A stretch of 49,578 bases of DNA, from the sequence record SRR20825019_2740. One strand, given 5' to 3'. Within the stretch, counting starts at the first letter, position 1. Each line of letters opens with the position of its first letter. The translations under genes were made by a program, and so were the position numbers. Positions 47,417 to 49,578 of this stretch are shown here, piece by piece. The notes under the pieces were generated by a model. That model worked only from the letters and a program-made list of their open reading frames with translations. It had not been told where the DNA came from and made no database searches.

Positions 47417-48580
47417 GTGATATCTCATTGGAGAATTCCTATCTACTGGCGCCTTTCAAACCTCTACTTCTGGTTTTTCGCTCTCCTCGGCGGTTTGCTG
47501 CCGTATTGGTCCCTGTATCTGGAAGGCCGGGGCTTTTCCTACCTTGAGATCGCCACGCTGATGGCGACAATTCAATTAACCAAGATCGTGGCGCCCAGTG
47601 TGTGGGGATGGCTCGGAGATCGGACTGGCCAACGGGTGCGGTTGGTTCGGTTTGGTGCCATTACGGGGTCGCTGTTTTTTGCTGGTGTGTTCATGGAGCC
47701 CGGGTTTTATGGGCTGTTGCTGGTCATGCTGGCGTTTACGTTCTTCTGGAACGCGATTTTGCCGCTTTATGAAGTGATCACGTTACGGTCGCTGGGAACG
47801 CAACGTGAGAAATACGGCAAGGTGCGGTTATGGGGGTCGGTAGGGTTTATTGGCGCGGTGGCGCTGGTTGGAGGGATTCTTGAACTTATCCCGATCACTC
47901 TGTTGCCGTGGCTGTTGTTGCCGGTGTTTGCGGGGATTGCGGTGTCGGCGTTTCTGGTGCCGTCGGAGCGGGGAGAACGTAAGCCACCGGCGCCCAAGGG
48001 CAGTTTGAAAGCGATTGTGACCCACCCGGCGGTGGTGACGTTCTTTTTGATGAACTTTCTGCTGCAGGTATCCCACGGGGCGTACTACACGTTTTTCAGT
48101 ATTCACCTGGAGCAGCACGGGTACGGTAAGTTGGCGATTGGGTTGTTGTGGTCGTTAGGGGTGCTGGCAGAGATTGGGTTGTTCCTGGTGATGCATCGGC
48201 TGACCCGCAGTTTCACCGTGCGGCAGATCGCGATTGGGGCACTGGCGCTGACGATGATTCGCTGGGTGTTGATCGCGGAAGTGACGGATGTGGTGGCGGT
48301 GCTGATTTTCGCGCAGTTGCTGCATGCGGCCTCTTACGGCGCCCTGCACGCTATTTCGGTGCAGTATATTCAGGGTTTCTTCGGGCAGCATCATCACGGC
48401 CAGGGGCAGGCGCTCTACAGTGGGCTGACCTTTGGTGCCGGTGGCGCACTGGGCGCCTGGTTGTCGGGCTTTCTGGTGGACGGGTTCAGTACCTCCGCCG
48501 CGTTCTGGGGCGGGGCGGCGGCCATGGCCATTGCCATTGTCATCACTTGGCGGGGCCTGAGGCCGCCGCCCGAGCATTGA
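47417..48580 (+). CDS. MFS transporter (HcaT-like); start uncertain
   Basis: About 12 hydrophobic segments; WGWLGDRTG, YGKVRLWGSVGF, GVLAEI, QLLHA. First plausible standard start is GTG 47417; an in-frame ATC at 47441 has the better RBS. Confidence 0.85.
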   Translation: MISHWRIPIYWRLSNLYFWFFALLGGLLPYWSLYLEGRGFSYLEIATLMATIQLTKIVAPSVWGWLGDRTGQRVRLVRFGAITGSLFFAGVFMEPGFYGLLLVMLAFTFFWNAILPLYEVITLRSLGTQREKYGKVRLWGSVGFIGAVALVGGILELIPITLLPWLLLPVFAGIAVSAFLVPSERGERKPPAPKGSLKAIVTHPAVVTFFLMNFLLQVSHGAYYTFFSIHLEQHGYGKLAIGLLWSLGVLAEIGLFLVMHRLTRSFTVRQIAIGALALTMIRWVLIAEVTDVVAVLIFAQLLHAASYGALHAISVQYIQGFFGQHHHGQGQALYSGLTFGAGGALGAWLSGFLVDGFSTSAAFWGGAAAMAIAIVITWRGLRPPPEH

Positions 48581-48608
48581 TTGGTGTTGCTGTGGTGTTT
48601 AGCGGGTT

Positions 48609-49475
48609 TTATTGAAGATCTGCTGCGATATCCAGCAGTGCCTGTGCCTGGGGGCTCAGCGATCGGCCCTTCAGTCCCACACCGCCGAGAATGCGGCTTA
48701 CGGAGTGGGGCACAGAAAGCACCGTAAGTGAGTCGTCGACCATGCTCACCGGCAAAACGCTCCACCCAAGCCCGACGCTGGCCATCATCTTGATGGTTTC
48801 CAGGTAGTTGGTGGGCATCTGGATTTTCAGGGGCAGGCTCGCATCGAGAAATAGTCGGCTGATGGATCGGTAGGTGGCGGTGCCAGCTTCGGGAAGCAGG
48901 GCGTCATACCGGGACAGATCCCCGAGCCCCGGGTTGTCCAGCGAGGCCAGTGGATGTTCCGGCGACACCACGAATGCCATGGCATCTTCCCAGCGCACGT
49001 GCACATCGAATGCCTGGTCCATGCTCTCGCTCAGGGTCACGAACGCGAGCTCTGCTGTACGTTTACGCATCTGCCCGAAGGCGCTTTCAGAATCCATGAA
49101 CTGCAGTTCCAGAGACACCTCCGGATAATCCCGGTTCAGTCGCCGTAACCAGGCAGGGAGATGATGCAGTCCGATGTGGTGGCTGGCAATCACCGACAGC
49201 TGTCCTGAAACCGATCCCTCACGATCTGACAGCGCCTGTCGGGCATTGTGCACTTCATCCAGAATTCGCCGGGCATGGGGTAGAAGGCGTGCCCCTGCGT
49301 CTGTTAAGCGGACCTGCCTGTTACTCCGGTCGATCAGCTTCGTTCCCAACTGGTTCTCCAGCGCTGCCAGACGTTTGCTGATTGCGGGCTGAGTCAGGTG
49401 CAGCAGTTCTGCCGCTTCGGAGAACGACTCCTGGTCGACGATTGTCAGGAATGCTTTCAGGGAGTTCGCATCCAT
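48609..49475 (-). CDS. LysR-family transcriptional regulator
   Basis: HTH SFSEAAELLHLTQPAISKRLAALE, ASHHIGLHHLP, TNYLETIKMMASVGLGWSVLP; ATG 49475 with AGAGG RBS. Confidence 0.92.
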   Translation of the reverse strand: MDANSLKAFLTIVDQESFSEAAELLHLTQPAISKRLAALENQLGTKLIDRSNRQVRLTDAGARLLPHARRILDEVHNARQALSDREGSVSGQLSVIASHHIGLHHLPAWLRRLNRDYPEVSLELQFMDSESAFGQMRKRTAELAFVTLSESMDQAFDVHVRWEDAMAFVVSPEHPLASLDNPGLGDLSRYDALLPEAGTATYRSISRLFLDASLPLKIQMPTNYLETIKMMASVGLGWSVLPVSMVDDSLTVLSVPHSVSRILGGVGLKGRSLSPQAQALLDIAADLQ

Positions 49476-49520
49476 TGTGGTTACCTCTTTGACTGCGGCC
49501 CTTGGTGAAGGTCGCATGCC

Positions 49521-49578
49521 GGGAAGACTGCTCCAAAAAACGCCCGTTAATACGTCCCTGTAGGGCTCGGTCGCGCCA
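49521..49578. repeat. Second, window-truncated copy of the structured repeat family
   Basis: TACGTCCCTGTAGGGCTCGGTCGCGCCA nearly matches 47335-47361; the outer arm sequence differs. Confidence 0.65.

Overview
GC-rich marine gammaproteobacterial chromosome segment; protein style and gene order point to Marinobacter or a close relative (inference). It is mostly core genome. In order: a partial membrane-anchored acidic protein, a MoxR/VWA pair, a 9-gene TPR-ExbB-ExbD-ExbD-TonB cluster resembling the Agl/Glt core, lipid genes (MaoC hydratase, fadD, PA3286-type KAS III, thioesterase, MlaA, DUF3336 patatin) around hrpA, exeA-exeB-dinG, a MalT-like LuxR regulator, cysB, cysH, thrH, pabB, a DUF6160/FilA-like secreted protein, DUF58-tgpA-holB-pilZ, hydrolases, prmB-aroC-MFS and a LysR regulator. 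I saw no rRNA, tRNA, CRISPR array, transposase or prophage. The most interesting signals are non-coding: (1) a candidate ~134-nt structured sRNA (27192-27325, minus) downstream of the MalT-like gene, with its own activator-type promoter and a CRP-like site; (2) a candidate ~75-nt sigma54-dependent sRNA (3034-3108, minus) with an IHF-like site and palindromic enhancers, divergent from the Agl/Glt-like operon; (3) a 263-bp MITE-like element filling the 5' leader of the MalT-like gene; (4) a repeat family carrying CsrA/RsmA-consensus hairpins. The Agl/Glt-like motor also has one ExbD/TolR subunit with Asn at the canonical Asp position. All family calls come from motif recognition by eye; no database searches were run.
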